Position numbers and translations under genes: made by a program. Positions 49,933-61,916 of a stretch of 64,000 nt of DNA are shown here, in pieces; position 1 is the stretch's first letter, and each line of letters begins with the position of its first letter. Under the pieces are notes generated by a model. That model was given only the letters and a program-made list of their open reading frames with translations. It ran no database searches and was not told the DNA's origin. The DNA is taken from the NCBI GenBank assembly GCA_020692565.1, contig JAIMKJ010000012.1, forward strand, positions 26,347 to 90,346, given 5' to 3'. The stretch is from Thermomonas sp. (lineage in GTDB: Bacteria; Pseudomonadota; Gammaproteobacteria; Xanthomonadales; Xanthomonadaceae).

Positions 49933-51674
49933 TGCGGACCTCGGAGCGACATGAGCTGCAGGTGGTCGGCGATCGGGCCGAGCACCAGCGCAGGCAGGAA
50001 TTGCAGGACGGTCAGGATCGCGACGATCGAGACCAGGGTGATCGCGAAGGTCGGCGTTTCGACCTGTAGCGTGCCGGCGCTCTCCGGCGCCATGCGCTTC
50101 TTCGCCAGCAGGCCGGCGACCATCAGCGGCACCAGCAGCGCCGGGAAGCGCCCGAGCGCCAGCACGATCGCGGCAGTGGTGTTCCACCACACGGTGTTGT
50201 CGCCGAGACCTTCGAAGCCGGAACCGTTATTCGCGAATGCCGACGCGTATTCGTAGAGCACCTGCGAAACGCCGTGGAAGCCGGGATTGGAATTCCCGGT
50301 GAGCGCGGGTATCGCCAGCGTCGCCGCGGTGAAACCCAGCAGCGCGAGCGGTTGCAGCAGGATCAGCAGCACAAGCAGCCGAACTTCGGGCGCTTCGATC
50401 TTCCGACCGAACAATTCGGGCGTGCGTCCGGTCATCAGCCCGGCCAGGAACACCGCCAGCAGCAGATAGACGATGAACTGCAGCGCACCGCAGCCGATGC
50501 CGCCCCAGATCGCATTCAAGAGCATGTTCGAGATGAGAACGCCGCCGGTCAGCGGCGCCATCGAGTCGTGCATCGCATTGACCGAGCCGTTCGAGGTCTG
50601 GGTGGTCAATGCGCCCCACAGCGCCGAGGCCGCGATGCCGTTGCGCACTTCCTTGCCTTCCATCGCCGCGACGTTCGCATCGTTCGCGGTTTCGGCGAGC
50701 GCGGTTTCCGAAAGTATCGCCGCGCCGGTCGACAGCAACGACATGCCCAGCATCGTTGCGAATACGAACGTGCCGAATCTGCGCCGGCCGGTGAACGGCC
50801 CGACCATGAAGGCGATGGCGACCGGTAGCAGGATGATCGCAAGCGTCTGCAGCAGATTGGAGAACGGCGTCGGGTTTTCGAGCGCCACCGAACTGTTCGG
50901 TCCGTACCAGCCGCCGCCGTTGGTGCCCAGTTGTTTCGCCGCGACCATCGGCGCGACCGGGCCGACCGGAATGTGCTGCGTCGCCATGCCGGCGCTGGCA
51001 TCGATCGGCGTCACGTCTGCGCCGCGTGCGAGCGTGGACGGCACGCCCTGCGAGGCCAGCAGCAGCGACCACAGCAGACACAGCGGCAACAGGATGCGCA
51101 GCGTGGCGCGGGTGATGTCGATCCAGAAATTGCCGACATCGCGCTCCTGACCTTCGAGGGCTGCGCCTTCGTGCGTTGCTGCGATCGACTGCATCGCCTC
51201 GCGCCCGCCGAACAATCCGCGCAATGTCGCAACCAGCACCGCAAGGCCGAACATCGGCGTGATCACCTGCAGGCCGACGATGCCGACCATCTGCGACAGA
51301 TACGACAGCTGCGCCTGGCCGGAATAATGCTGTTGATTGGTGTTGGTGAGGAACGACACCATGGTGTGCAGCGCGAGATCCCATTTCATCCCCGGAACCT
51401 GATCGGGATTCAACGGCAGTGAGCCCTGCGTCATGAACAGCACCCAGACGATCGCGCCCAGCACCAGATTCGCGAGCAGGAAATTCCCCGCGTAGCCGCG
51501 CCAGCTCATGCCGCCCTGCGCACCCGCGCCCAGCAGGCGATAAAGCGCGCGTTCCACGGGCGCGAATACCCGGTCGCCGGGCGCGGGATCGCCACGCATC
51601 ACCCGGGCCATGTAGCGGCCCAGCGGCCAGCCCAGCGCGACGGCCAGCAGCATCGTCAGAACGAATTCGGTCAT
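49929..51674 (-). CDS. kdpA: K+-transporting ATPase subunit A
   Basis: [48 protein letters not shown]. Confidence 0.97.
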   Translation of the reverse strand: MTEFVLTMLLAVALGWPLGRYMARVMRGDPAPGDRVFAPVERALYRLLGAGAQGGMSWRGYAGNFLLANLVLGAIVWVLFMTQGSLPLNPDQVPGMKWDLALHTMVSFLTNTNQQHYSGQAQLSYLSQMVGIVGLQVITPMFGLAVLVATLRGLFGGREAMQSIAATHEGAALEGQERDVGNFWIDITRATLRILLPLCLLWSLLLASQGVPSTLARGADVTPIDASAGMATQHIPVGPVAPMVAAKQLGTNGGGWYGPNSSVALENPTPFSNLLQTLAIILLPVAIAFMVGPFTGRRRFGTFVFATMLGMSLLSTGAAILSETALAETANDANVAAMEGKEVRNGIAASALWGALTTQTSNGSVNAMHDSMAPLTGGVLISNMLLNAIWGGIGCGALQFIVYLLLAVFLAGLMTGRTPELFGRKIEAPEVRLLVLLILLQPLALLGFTAATLAIPALTGNSNPGFHGVSQVLYEYASAFANNGSGFEGLGDNTVWWNTTAAIVLALGRFPALLVPLMVAGLLAKKRMAPESAGTLQVETPTFAITLVSIVAILTVLQFLPALVLGPIADHLQLMSLRGPQ

Positions 51675-51684
51675 GTCGGCAGTC

Positions 51685-51777
51685 TCAGAAATCTTCGGGT
51701 TTCAGAATCACGTACAACAGATACGCGGCCGCGATGCAGGTGGACAACGCGCATACGGCGATCAGCCAGTTCGGCAT
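51685..51777 (-). CDS. kdpF: K+-transporting ATPase subunit F (30 aa; below the ORF-track size cutoff)
   Basis: Hand translation MPNWLIAVCALSTCIAAAYLLYVILKPEDF with the YL.Y..L.PE.F signature, just upstream of kdpA. Confidence 0.9.
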   Translation of the reverse strand: MPNWLIAVCALSTCIAAAYLLYVILKPEDF

Positions 51778-51968
51778 GGGAATGTCCTCGGGAATGGAGC
51801 GCCGTAGTGCCGTGATTCCGGCGCCACGGCGAGGGCGAGAGCGGGCGCAGATCGGCCAGCCCGCAACGATCGGTTCATCACGTCATCTCGTCCGCAAGGA
51901 TGCGGATTTCGAGCGCGCAGTGTCCTCTCGGTTGCGGTAAAGCGGCTATGCGCAAGGCGGTGTCTGGC

Positions 51969-51984
51969 CGTAATGTTTGCGTAA
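51969..51984 (-). promoter_or_regulatory. Putative KdpE binding site
   Basis: TTACG-N6-TTACG direct repeat (11-bp period) in an AT-rich patch upstream of kdpF. Confidence 0.5.
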
Positions 51985-52385
51985 ATTTTCGTTACGGTCA
52001 TTGACGGCAGCCAAATGCCGATCTGGCCGGGTGCGCGATGTCGCAACGTGATGTCTTGCCCGGCGCATCGGCGGACATCCGGAAGACATGCAGTCCGTCA
52101 GATTCGAGTCCTGCCGCGGTGTTCGTCGTCTCTGAGATGACGCGGATAACGGCGGTCTGGACGGCTGGATTACAACAAAAGCGCAATCGAGCATGTCGTC
52201 TTCATGCGTCGAACGTGCATTCGTCACGCATCCGCAAGAAAGATTGCGGGAGCCTGCCGGGCGTCGCGCACCGTAGCCTGCGCTCGCATAGCATCGGACC
52301 GCTCCGCGACCGTGCGGGAATGCCTGCCATCGTCGGAGGATGTCAACACAGACCCTGTCGCACGGTTCCGCCGGAAGCGGTCGTG

Positions 52386-52399
52386 TGTCTTGCAAGACA
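52386..52399. promoter_or_regulatory. Operator-like palindrome upstream of the GH16 gene
   Basis: Perfect 14-bp palindrome TGTCTTGCAAGACA. Confidence 0.45.
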
Positions 52400-52465
52400 T
52401 GCGAAGCGCGATGCCGGTGTCGCCCTGATGCGATGTTCGCGTTTCCCCCACAAGGAAAAAGCATC

Positions 52466-53887
52466 ATGAAGAAGCTGATGAAAGGAATGATCGTTCTCCT
52501 CGCATGCATGTTCGCCAGCGCCGCCTCGGCGCAGAACTGGCAGCTGGCATGGAGCGACGAATTCAACGGCACCATCGGGCCGGATTGGGTGTTCGAGACC
52601 GGCAACGGCGCGAGCGGTTGGGGCAACAACGAGTTGCAGTATTACCGGCGCGAGAATGCCGGCATCGAGAACAATGCGCTGGTCATCAACGCGAAGCGCG
52701 AGGATTTCGGCGGCTATCGCTACACCTCCGCGCGGATGAAGACGCAGGGCGTCCGCACATTCAAGTACGGCAGGATCGAAGCGAGGATGAAGCTGCCGTC
52801 GTTCATGGGCGCATGGCCGGCGTTCTGGATGCTGGGCGCCAATCTGCCGCAGGCCGGCTGGCCCGCCGCTGGCGAGATCGACGTGATGGAGCACGTCAAC
52901 AACGAGGATCGCACCTACGGCACCATCCATTGGCGAGACAACAACGGCAACTACGCGCAGTACGGCGGCAATACGCCGATCACCGTCGCTGACTGGCACG
53001 TGTATGCCATCGAATGGGACGCCAACGCGATCCGCTGGTATGTCGACGGCAACAAGTTCCATGAAGTGAATATCCAGAACGGGATCAACGGCACCGAAGA
53101 GTTCCACAACGATTTCTTCCTGCTGCTGAACTTCGCCATCGGCGGCAACTGGCCGGGCTTCAACGTCGACGAGTCGCGGCTGCCCGCGAAAATGCACGTC
53201 GACTACGTGCGCGTCTACAGGGCGGGTACCGCGGGCACCGGTGTCGCCAGCGTGTATCAGGACTGCAACTACGCCGGCTACGGCGTGGCCTTGCCCGAGG
53301 GCAGCTACACGCTGGCGCAATTGCAGGCGCGCGGCGTGCGCAACGACGACTTGTCCTCGCTGCGCGTGAATGCCGGCTACCGGGTCACGCTGTACCAGGA
53401 CGACAACTTCACCGGCCCCAGCGTCACCAAGACCGGCGACACCGCGTGTCTGGTCGGCGACGGCTTCAACGATCGTGCGACATCGCTGGTGGTCGCGCGC
53501 GTCAACCAGCCGTGGTCGCTCACCGTGCAGGCCGAGAACTTCAGCGCCCAGAACGGCGTGCAGGTCGAAGCGTGCTCGGAAGGCGGCTCCAACCTCGGCT
53601 GGATCGACACCGGCGACTGGGTGGCCTACAACGGTATCGCCTTCCCCTCCAGCGGCAACTACCGGGTGGAATACCGCGTCGCCAGCCCCGGCGGCGGCAC
53701 GCTGTCCCTCGACCTCAACGCCGGCGGCATCCTGCTGGGCCAGGTGCAGGTACCGTCCACCGGCGGCTGGCAGAACTGGACCACCGTCTCGCATACCGTC
53801 AGCGTGGCCGCAGGCACCCACAACGTCGGCCTGTACGCGGCGCAAGGCGGCTGGAACATCAACTGGATCCGCATCACTCGGCTGTGA
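52466..53887 (+). CDS. GH16 endo-beta-1,3-glucanase with beta-gamma-crystallin-like and CBM6 domains
   Basis: AAGGA RBS, signal peptide; WSDEF, WPAFWML, GEIDVMEH (ExDxxE); YQDCNYAG/NDDLSSLRV crystallin-like motifs; QAENF...TGGWQNW CBM6. Confidence 0.9.
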   Translation: MKKLMKGMIVLLACMFASAASAQNWQLAWSDEFNGTIGPDWVFETGNGASGWGNNELQYYRRENAGIENNALVINAKREDFGGYRYTSARMKTQGVRTFKYGRIEARMKLPSFMGAWPAFWMLGANLPQAGWPAAGEIDVMEHVNNEDRTYGTIHWRDNNGNYAQYGGNTPITVADWHVYAIEWDANAIRWYVDGNKFHEVNIQNGINGTEEFHNDFFLLLNFAIGGNWPGFNVDESRLPAKMHVDYVRVYRAGTAGTGVASVYQDCNYAGYGVALPEGSYTLAQLQARGVRNDDLSSLRVNAGYRVTLYQDDNFTGPSVTKTGDTACLVGDGFNDRATSLVVARVNQPWSLTVQAENFSAQNGVQVEACSEGGSNLGWIDTGDWVAYNGIAFPSSGNYRVEYRVASPGGGTLSLDLNAGGILLGQVQVPSTGGWQNWTTVSHTVSVAAGTHNVGLYAAQGGWNINWIRITRL

Positions 53888-53900
53888 GCGTCGTTTGAAG

Positions 53901-53938
53901 AACGGGCGTCGTCATGGGGTGGCGTCCGTTTTCGTTTA
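53901..53938 (+). terminator. Probable terminator after the GH16 gene
   Basis: AACGGGCGTCG/TGGCGTCCGTT stem followed by T-rich tail. Confidence 0.45.
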
Positions 53939-54030
53939 GCAGGCGTGCTCGTGGTCGCGATTCGTGGATGCTTTGAGGAGGCCAACCGGGAATCACTGGA
54001 TGATTTTGTGTCTGGCTACGGGGGAGAACT

Positions 54031-54103
54031 TGGGCCCACCAGGACTCGAACCTGGAACCAAAGGATTATGAGTCCTCTGCTCTAACCATTGAGCTATAGG
54101 CCC
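54031..54103 (-). tRNA. tRNA-Ile2 (CAT, lysidine type); CCA not encoded
   Basis: GGGCCTATAGCTCAATGGTTAGAGCAGAGGACTCATAATCC...GGTTCGAGTCC; CTCATAA loop and location after rpoD resemble E. coli ileX. Confidence 0.9.
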
Positions 54104-54124
54104 ATGGGCTTATCTTAACCGTCC

Positions 54125-54157
54125 AAGAAAAAGCCCGCCATGCGGCGGGCTTTTTCT
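54125..54157. terminator. Bidirectional intrinsic terminator after rpoD
   Basis: AAAAAGCCCGCC-ATGC-GGCGGGCTTTTT. Confidence 0.88.
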
Positions 54158-54178
54158 GCGCTGGAACGGCGGGGCGGC

Positions 54179-56029
<1,851 letters not shown>

Positions 56030-56058
56030 GGGCGCCACCGTGGGAAAGTGAACCCGTA

Positions 56059-56067
56059 ATTATAACA
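56059..56067 (-). promoter_or_regulatory. Extended -10 promoter of rpoD
   Basis: Minus strand TGTTATAAT about 30 nt upstream of the ATG. Confidence 0.65.
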
Positions 56068-56251
56068 GCCCCAAGGCGGGGACTGGGCGTCGGTGTGGGC
56101 GGGGCCGGCGCGCGGGGCGATTCGGAAACAACGGTCGGGGAAACGCACGACCGGGATGAATGAGGTTGGATGCGGGCGATGTGGTGCGCGACCGGCGTCG
56201 ATTCAAGGCGTCGACCGCCCGAGATCGAGGCGTATTCAGCCTCGGAATGCT

Positions 56252-56692
56252 TCAGGCGCGCAGCAGGAACGTGACCGGGCCGTCGTTGACCAGGCTGACG
56301 GCCATATGTGCGCCGAATCGACCGGTTTCGACGGCATTGACGTGCTGTTGGCGGCAATAGGCCACTAATTCGCCGAAAATGCGTTCGGCGTCCGCGGGCG
56401 CGGCGGCGGTGCTGAAACTCGGTCGCAGGCCGGAGCGGGTGTCGGCGGCCAGGGTGAACTGGCTGACCAGCAGCAGGCCGCCGCCGGTGTCGGCCAGGGA
56501 GAGATTCATCTTGCCGGCCGCGTCGGAGAACACCCGGTAGCGGAGCAGACGGTCGCCGAGTCTGGCGACCTGTTCGCGGCTGTCGTCGGGCTCCACGCCG
56601 ACCAGCGCCAGCAGCCCGGGGCCGATCACGCCCACGGTCTCGCCCTCGACTTCGACCCGGGCTTCGGCGACGCGTTGGATGAGGGCGAGCAT
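56252..56692 (-). CDS. dtd: D-aminoacyl-tRNA deacylase
   Basis: [31 protein letters not shown]. Confidence 0.95.
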   Translation of the reverse strand: MLALIQRVAEARVEVEGETVGVIGPGLLALVGVEPDDSREQVARLGDRLLRYRVFSDAAGKMNLSLADTGGGLLLVSQFTLAADTRSGLRPSFSTAAAPADAERIFGELVAYCRQQHVNAVETGRFGAHMAVSLVNDGPVTFLLRA

Positions 56693-56847
56693 GGCGGACG
56701 GCTGCAGGAGGCGGGAACGCGAGCATCCGGGGATCGCGGACGCGACGCAAGCGGTGGCCGGCCGGCGATGATGCCGTGGCGACGCGGTCTTCGATGATGA
56801 CCTCTTCCATGCGTTGCCGGCAGCGTCGTCCCAGTAGACTCCCGGCG

Positions 56848-57795
56848 ATGACCGATGTTTTCGCCCGCATTCTTTACTGCATCGCCAGCGCCATCGGCCG
56901 TCTGCCGTGGCCGTGGCTGCGCGCGCTCGGCGACGGCATGGCCCGGCTGTGGCTGCGTCGGGGCGGGCGCGAGAGCCGGGTGGCCGGGCGCAATCTCGAA
57001 ATGGCCTATCCCGAACTGCTGCCCGGGCAGCGCGAGGGGCTGCAGGGCGAGATCCTGCGGACGACCGCGCGGCAGGCGCTGGAAACCCTGCGTCTGTGGA
57101 CCCGTCCGCATCCCGAGAATCTGCGGATGATCCGCGAAGCCCAGGGCGTGGCGCTGTTCGATGCCGCCATCGCCTCGGGCAGGGGCGTGATCGTGGCGGC
57201 GCCGCACTACGGCAACTGGGAGTTGCTGAATCAGTGGCTGGCATCGCGCACGCCGCTGGCGATCCTGTACCGGCCGCCGGAATCGGCGCTGGGCGAAGCC
57301 TTCCTGCGCCGGGTCCGCGCCGATGCCGGCGACCGCGTGACCCAGGTCCGCGCCGAGGCCGCGGGGATCCGCCAGCTGTTCAAGCGTCTGCGCGACGGCG
57401 GCGTGGTCGGCATCCTGCCGGACCAGCAGCCGAAGAGCGGCGACGGCGAGTTCGCGCCGTTCTTCGGGGTGCCGGCGTACACCATGTCGCTGCTGCCGCG
57501 CCTGGCGGAACGCAGCGGCGCGGTCGTGCTGTTCGCCTACTGCGAGCGGGTCGGCGATCTGGCGTTCGCGCTGCGGATCGAGCCGGCGCCCGATGAGATC
57601 GCCTCAGGCGATACGCTGGTCGCGACTTCGGCCCTGAACGCGGCGGTGGAGCGCATCGCCCGCCGCGATCCGGCACAGTATCAATGGACGTACAAACGCT
57701 ACACCCTGCGACCGTCGTTGAATCCGTATCACAATCCTTACCGCGATCTGGAGGGCCGCGACCCTGAAGATCGCGACCCCTCCGGCCCCGGATGA
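56848..57795 (+). CDS. lpxL: Lipid A late acyltransferase (LpxL/HtrB family)
   Basis: [28 protein letters not shown]. Confidence 0.8.
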   Translation: MTDVFARILYCIASAIGRLPWPWLRALGDGMARLWLRRGGRESRVAGRNLEMAYPELLPGQREGLQGEILRTTARQALETLRLWTRPHPENLRMIREAQGVALFDAAIASGRGVIVAAPHYGNWELLNQWLASRTPLAILYRPPESALGEAFLRRVRADAGDRVTQVRAEAAGIRQLFKRLRDGGVVGILPDQQPKSGDGEFAPFFGVPAYTMSLLPRLAERSGAVVLFAYCERVGDLAFALRIEPAPDEIASGDTLVATSALNAAVERIARRDPAQYQWTYKRYTLRPSLNPYHNPYRDLEGRDPEDRDPSGPG

Positions 57796-58427
57796 CGCCG
57801 GATCGCAGTCCCTTCCCCCCGACCGATATCGACATGACCGAACCGTTTCCCGAGGCGCTGGACCGCGCCGAGCCCGACCAGGCCAATGCCGCCCACGGCG
57901 CAGTCCCCGGCGAAACGCCGGCGCCCGCGCCGGATGTCTGGGTCGCCCCGAGCGGCTGGCAGTCGCTGCCGCCGCGCGCCTACCGAGTGTTCCTCTACGT
58001 CGCGCTGCTGGTCGCTGCGGTGCCGTCCGCGTTCGCCACGCTGATGCTCCGCAACGCGCTGGCGGCGCAGGATTGGGGTTGGATGGTGATCGCCGGGCTG
58101 TGGGCGGTGGCGATCGGGTTCGCGGTCTGGGTGGCGCGCAAACGCTATCGCTACACCTTCTGGATGCTGGACGAGGACGGCTTCGCGGTGCGGCGCGGCC
58201 GCCTGTGGCAGTGGGAAACGCGGGTACCGACCTCGCGCGTGCAGCATCTGGATCTCAAGCGCGGGCCGCTGGAACGTGCGCACCGGCTGGCCTCGCTGGT
58301 GCTGCACACCGCCGGCACCCGGCTGAGCGCAGTCAGCATTTCCGGCCTGGACGATGCCGACGCCGAACGCCTGCGCGACCATTTCAGCCGCCAGATCGAC
58401 CTGCAGGACGACGATGACCACGCCTGA
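57792..58427 (+). CDS. bPH_2 (YdbS-like) membrane protein
   Basis: Two TM helices; VPTSRVQHLDLKRGPLER; start could be 57834. Confidence 0.85.
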   Translation: MTPDRSPFPPTDIDMTEPFPEALDRAEPDQANAAHGAVPGETPAPAPDVWVAPSGWQSLPPRAYRVFLYVALLVAAVPSAFATLMLRNALAAQDWGWMVIAGLWAVAIGFAVWVARKRYRYTFWMLDEDGFAVRRGRLWQWETRVPTSRVQHLDLKRGPLERAHRLASLVLHTAGTRLSAVSISGLDDADAERLRDHFSRQIDLQDDDDHA

Positions 58428-59931
58428 CGCCGCCGTGGCGCCCGGGATCGAGGAACAGCCGGAACGCCGGCTGCATCCGATGTCGTGGCTGTTCGTGCTG
58501 ATCCAGCAGCTCAAGCAGTTCATCCTGCCGATCCTCGCGCTGTTCCTGTTCGGGCGCGGCGACCGCAACGACCTCTGGGGCCTGGTCGCGATCTGCGTGC
58601 TCGGCGCGGTGTCGATCTGGCAGTACTACACCTACCGTTTCCGCATCGGCATCGACAGCCTGGAAATCCGCAGCGGCCTGCTGGAACGCAGCCTCCGGCA
58701 GATCCCGTTCGCGCGCATCCACAACGTGGGCCTGCACCAGACGCTGCTGCACAGGATCTTCGGCGTGGCCGAGGTCCGGCTGGAATCCGCCGGCGGCATC
58801 AAGCCGGAAGCGGAAATGCGGGTGCTGAAGCTCGAAGACGCCCTGGCGCTGGAAGCGCTGGTGCGCCGCCGCAGTCGCGCCGATGCCGCGACCGCAGCCC
58901 CCGTGGACGACCCGGCCGCCGGCGGGATCGGCCTGCTGCACACACTGTCGACCGCCGAAGTGGTGCGGGTCGGCCTGATCTCCAACCGCGGGCTGATCGT
59001 GGTCGGCGGCGCGTACGTCGCCATGAACCAGTTCGGTTCGGACATGACCTCGGACCTGATCGAATCCTGGGGCCGGGTGCTGTTCGGCATGGTCGACAGC
59101 TATGGCCGCGGCCACGAAGCGATGGCGACCCTGTTCCTGGTGCTGGTGTTTCTGCTGTTGCTGCGCGCGTTTTCGGTGCTGCTCGCGCTGCTGCAGTATT
59201 CCGGCTTCCGCCTGGAAGAACACGGCCGCCGGCTGACGCTGGAACGCGGCCTGCTGACCCGCATCCGCACCAGCACGCCGCGCCGGCGCATCCAGTCGTG
59301 GACGCTGCGCGAAGGCATGCTGCACCGGCTGTTCAAGCGGCGCACGCTGGAAGTGGGCACCGCGGTGCTGGACAACGGCTCGCACAGTCAGCCGCGCTCG
59401 CTGCGCGAGGTCGCGCCGGTGGCCACGCCGCAGCGCTGCGACGAACTGATCCGCCACCTCGCGCCGCAGGTGCAGTGGCCGCCGCAGACCTGGCAGCGCC
59501 TGCATCGCTGGACCTTCGCGCGCCTGTTCGTGCCGCAGATGCTGCTGGCGTCGCTGCTGGGTGCGATCGCGCTGTGGAATTCCGGCCTGCTCGGCCTGGT
59601 GTTCGTGGTGCTGTGGGTGCCGTGGATCGCCTACATCACCTGGCAGCACGCCAGCCATGCCGGTTATGCGATCGACGAACGCATGGTCGCCACCCGGCGC
59701 GGCTGGTGGACGCGCGAATGGCGGTTCGCCGAAATCGGCAAGCTGCAGGCGATCCGTTTCGGACAGTCGCCGCTGGAACGCCTGCTGGGCATGGCCACGC
59801 TGTTGCTGGATACCGCCGGCGGCAATGCCCTGGCCGAACCGCTGCGGCTGCGTTTCCTGCCGGAAGCCGATGCGCGCGCGCTGCAGGCGCGGCTGGCACG
59901 CGAGATCGCGCGCAGCCCGCTGCGCTGGTGA
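58414..59931 (+). CDS. bPH_2 repeat (YdbT-like) membrane protein
   Basis: RRLHPMS, IPFARIHNV, RRIQS, KLQAI repeats with TM segments. Confidence 0.85.
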   Translation: MTTPDAAVAPGIEEQPERRLHPMSWLFVLIQQLKQFILPILALFLFGRGDRNDLWGLVAICVLGAVSIWQYYTYRFRIGIDSLEIRSGLLERSLRQIPFARIHNVGLHQTLLHRIFGVAEVRLESAGGIKPEAEMRVLKLEDALALEALVRRRSRADAATAAPVDDPAAGGIGLLHTLSTAEVVRVGLISNRGLIVVGGAYVAMNQFGSDMTSDLIESWGRVLFGMVDSYGRGHEAMATLFLVLVFLLLLRAFSVLLALLQYSGFRLEEHGRRLTLERGLLTRIRTSTPRRRIQSWTLREGMLHRLFKRRTLEVGTAVLDNGSHSQPRSLREVAPVATPQRCDELIRHLAPQVQWPPQTWQRLHRWTFARLFVPQMLLASLLGAIALWNSGLLGLVFVVLWVPWIAYITWQHASHAGYAIDERMVATRRGWWTREWRFAEIGKLQAIRFGQSPLERLLGMATLLLDTAGGNALAEPLRLRFLPEADARALQARLAREIARSPLRW

Positions 59932-59948
59932 CAGCATTCTCGATTTTC

Positions 59949-60043
59949 GTAGGAGGGCCCGTAGGAGGGCCTTCAGGCCCGAGCTTTGTTGTATGGCGAC
60001 CGCGGTCGCGGCAGGAAAAACTCGGGCCTGAAGGCCCTCCTAC
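59949..60043. repeat. GTAG-family REP pair with partial terminal duplication
   Basis: GTAGGAGGGCCC GTAGGAGGGCCTTCAGGCCCGAGC...CTCGGGCCTGAAGGCCCTCCTAC. Confidence 0.88.
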
Positions 60044-60049
60044 GAAGGC

Positions 60050-61102
60050 TCAGCCCAAGCCCCAATAGCCCAGCTTCGAGCGGATCTGCAGCGCCCGGAA
60101 TCGGCCGCCCAGCGGTTTGCCGCGCAGCGGTCCCAGCCTGCCGGCGATCAGGTCGTCGGTCGCGGCGATGACGCGCTCCGATGCGCGGCCATCGCGATAC
60201 GGATGAATGGCGTCGGCGTAGTCCGCCAACGCCGCGCGCAGCGTCTCCGTTGGCGCGAATGCCTGTTCCAGCAACGCCGGCAAATCCGGCGGATCGTCGA
60301 AATCCAGCATGTGCGGCTTCGGTGCGCGATTGCGGAAGGTCACCACCGGTTTGTGCTGGACCACGAATTCGGACACCACCGACGTGGTGTCCGCCACCAG
60401 CACGTCGGCGGCGCGCTGCGCGGCCATCAGCTGTTCGGTTTCGACGAACGCGGCGTTCGGCCCGGCCAGGCCGCGGTAGCGCTCGAACAGATCCGGCGCG
60501 CACTTCGGATGCAGGGTCAGCAGCCAGTAGCGGTCGCCGCGCGCCACTTCGGCGGCGATGGCGTCGAACAGATGCGGTGCGGCGCTCAGGCGTTCGGTGA
60601 AGGTGGACGCGAACAGCACCGTTGGCCGCTCGCCCGCGGGCGAGCGCAGTGCGGCGGAAGCGCCGCCGTCGTCGCGGAACAGCGGATCGAGCTTCGGCCA
60701 GCCGGTTTCGACCACGGCAAAGTGAGGATGCCCGGCCGCCAGCGTGCGGAACGGCGCGGTCGTCGCCGGTCCCTGGGTGCAGTACAGATCGAACAGCCCG
60801 CGCACCCGGAAGTGACCGCGGGCGGCGTCGCGTTTCTCCACGTTGAAGCCGTGGAACAGCTGCACTTTCGGGCCGCTGAGGAAGGTCGGCACCCAGTTGG
60901 CCGCCGACAACACCGCGCGCGGCCGCAGCGCCACCGCTTCGCGCAGGCCCACGCTGCGCACCGGCGCCGGCAGGCGCGCGCCCGCGGCGCCGTCGACCAG
61001 CCAGGCGGACACCCCGTGTCCCGAGGCTTGCAGCGCGTCCGCCAACGGTTGCAGGATGGGCAGCGCATAACGCTCGGTCGCGAACAACAGGTATTCCGCC
61101 AT
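60050..61102 (-). CDS. CDP-glycerol glycerophosphotransferase family protein (LPS/surface glycan)
   Basis: GGAG RBS; VQLFHG, TGWPKLDP, TLHPK, DVLVADTTSV. Confidence 0.85.
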   Translation of the reverse strand: MAEYLLFATERYALPILQPLADALQASGHGVSAWLVDGAAGARLPAPVRSVGLREAVALRPRAVLSAANWVPTFLSGPKVQLFHGFNVEKRDAARGHFRVRGLFDLYCTQGPATTAPFRTLAAGHPHFAVVETGWPKLDPLFRDDGGASAALRSPAGERPTVLFASTFTERLSAAPHLFDAIAAEVARGDRYWLLTLHPKCAPDLFERYRGLAGPNAAFVETEQLMAAQRAADVLVADTTSVVSEFVVQHKPVVTFRNRAPKPHMLDFDDPPDLPALLEQAFAPTETLRAALADYADAIHPYRDGRASERVIAATDDLIAGRLGPLRGKPLGGRFRALQIRSKLGYWGLG

Positions 61103-61886
61103 CAACACGTCTCCATCCACGGCACCGCCGATCACCGGCTGCATTATCACGTTCAACGAGGCCGACCGCATCGGCGATTGCCTCGATTCGCTGGCGTTCT
61201 GCGCGGAGATCGTGGTGGTGGACTCGGGCTCGACCGACGGCACCCGCGCCATCGCCGAAGCGGCCGGCGCGCGGGTGCTGGAGCGGCCGTTCGACGGTTT
61301 CCGCAGCCAGAAGCAGTTCGCGGTCGATCAGGCGAGCCACGACTGGGTGCTGTGCCTCGATGCCGACGAGCGCGTGAGTCCGGAGCTGAAGGCCTCGATC
61401 CTGGCCGCCCGCGATGCCGGTTTCGGCGCCGTCGCCGGCTACCGGTTCGCACGACTGAGCGAATACTTCGGCAAGTTCCTGCGCCGCGGCAACGCCTACC
61501 CGGATCGCGTTCTAAGGCTGTTCGATCGCCGTCGCGGCGGCTGGCGCGGCGATCGCGAGATCCACGAGGCCGCCAGCGTCGACGGCGCAGTACGCACGCT
61601 GTCGGGCGATCTCATCCACTATCCATATCGTTCGCTGATGCAGCAGTTGCAGAAGACCGAACGTTACGCGCGGATGATGGCCGAGTACGAATTCTCGCGC
61701 GGCAAGCGCGCGTCGCTGGGCAAATTGATCGTCTCGCCTGCATGGCGGTTCTGGCGCGGCTACGTATTCCGGCTGGGGTTCCTCGATGGCTGGCACGGCC
61801 TGGTCTACGCCTACGTCCGCGCCAATTACGTCCGCCAGAAGACGATCATGCTGTGGCTGCTGGAACGCGGGCAGCGGGTGGAGTGA
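61101..61886 (+). CDS. GT2 glycosyltransferase (WaaE/KdtX-like); no canonical start codon ahead of the conserved N-terminus
   Basis: ITGCIITFNEADRI...VVDSGSTDGT, LCLDADE, HYPYRS; frame open from 61071 with no ATG/GTG/TTG before 61212. Confidence 0.8.
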   Translation: MNTSPSTAPPITGCIITFNEADRIGDCLDSLAFCAEIVVVDSGSTDGTRAIAEAAGARVLERPFDGFRSQKQFAVDQASHDWVLCLDADERVSPELKASILAARDAGFGAVAGYRFARLSEYFGKFLRRGNAYPDRVLRLFDRRRGGWRGDREIHEAASVDGAVRTLSGDLIHYPYRSLMQQLQKTERYARMMAEYEFSRGKRASLGKLIVSPAWRFWRGYVFRLGFLDGWHGLVYAYVRANYVRQKTIMLWLLERGQRVE

Positions 61887-61916
61887 GTCCTCGGATATCG
61901 CGGCGTGCCGGTTTTG

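Noticed and set aside
54031-54103. tRNA-Met or fMet call from the CAT anticodon
   Set aside because: Paired first base pair and no run of three G-C pairs in the anticodon stem exclude fMet; sequence and position fit Ile2 better, although elongator Met is not formally excluded
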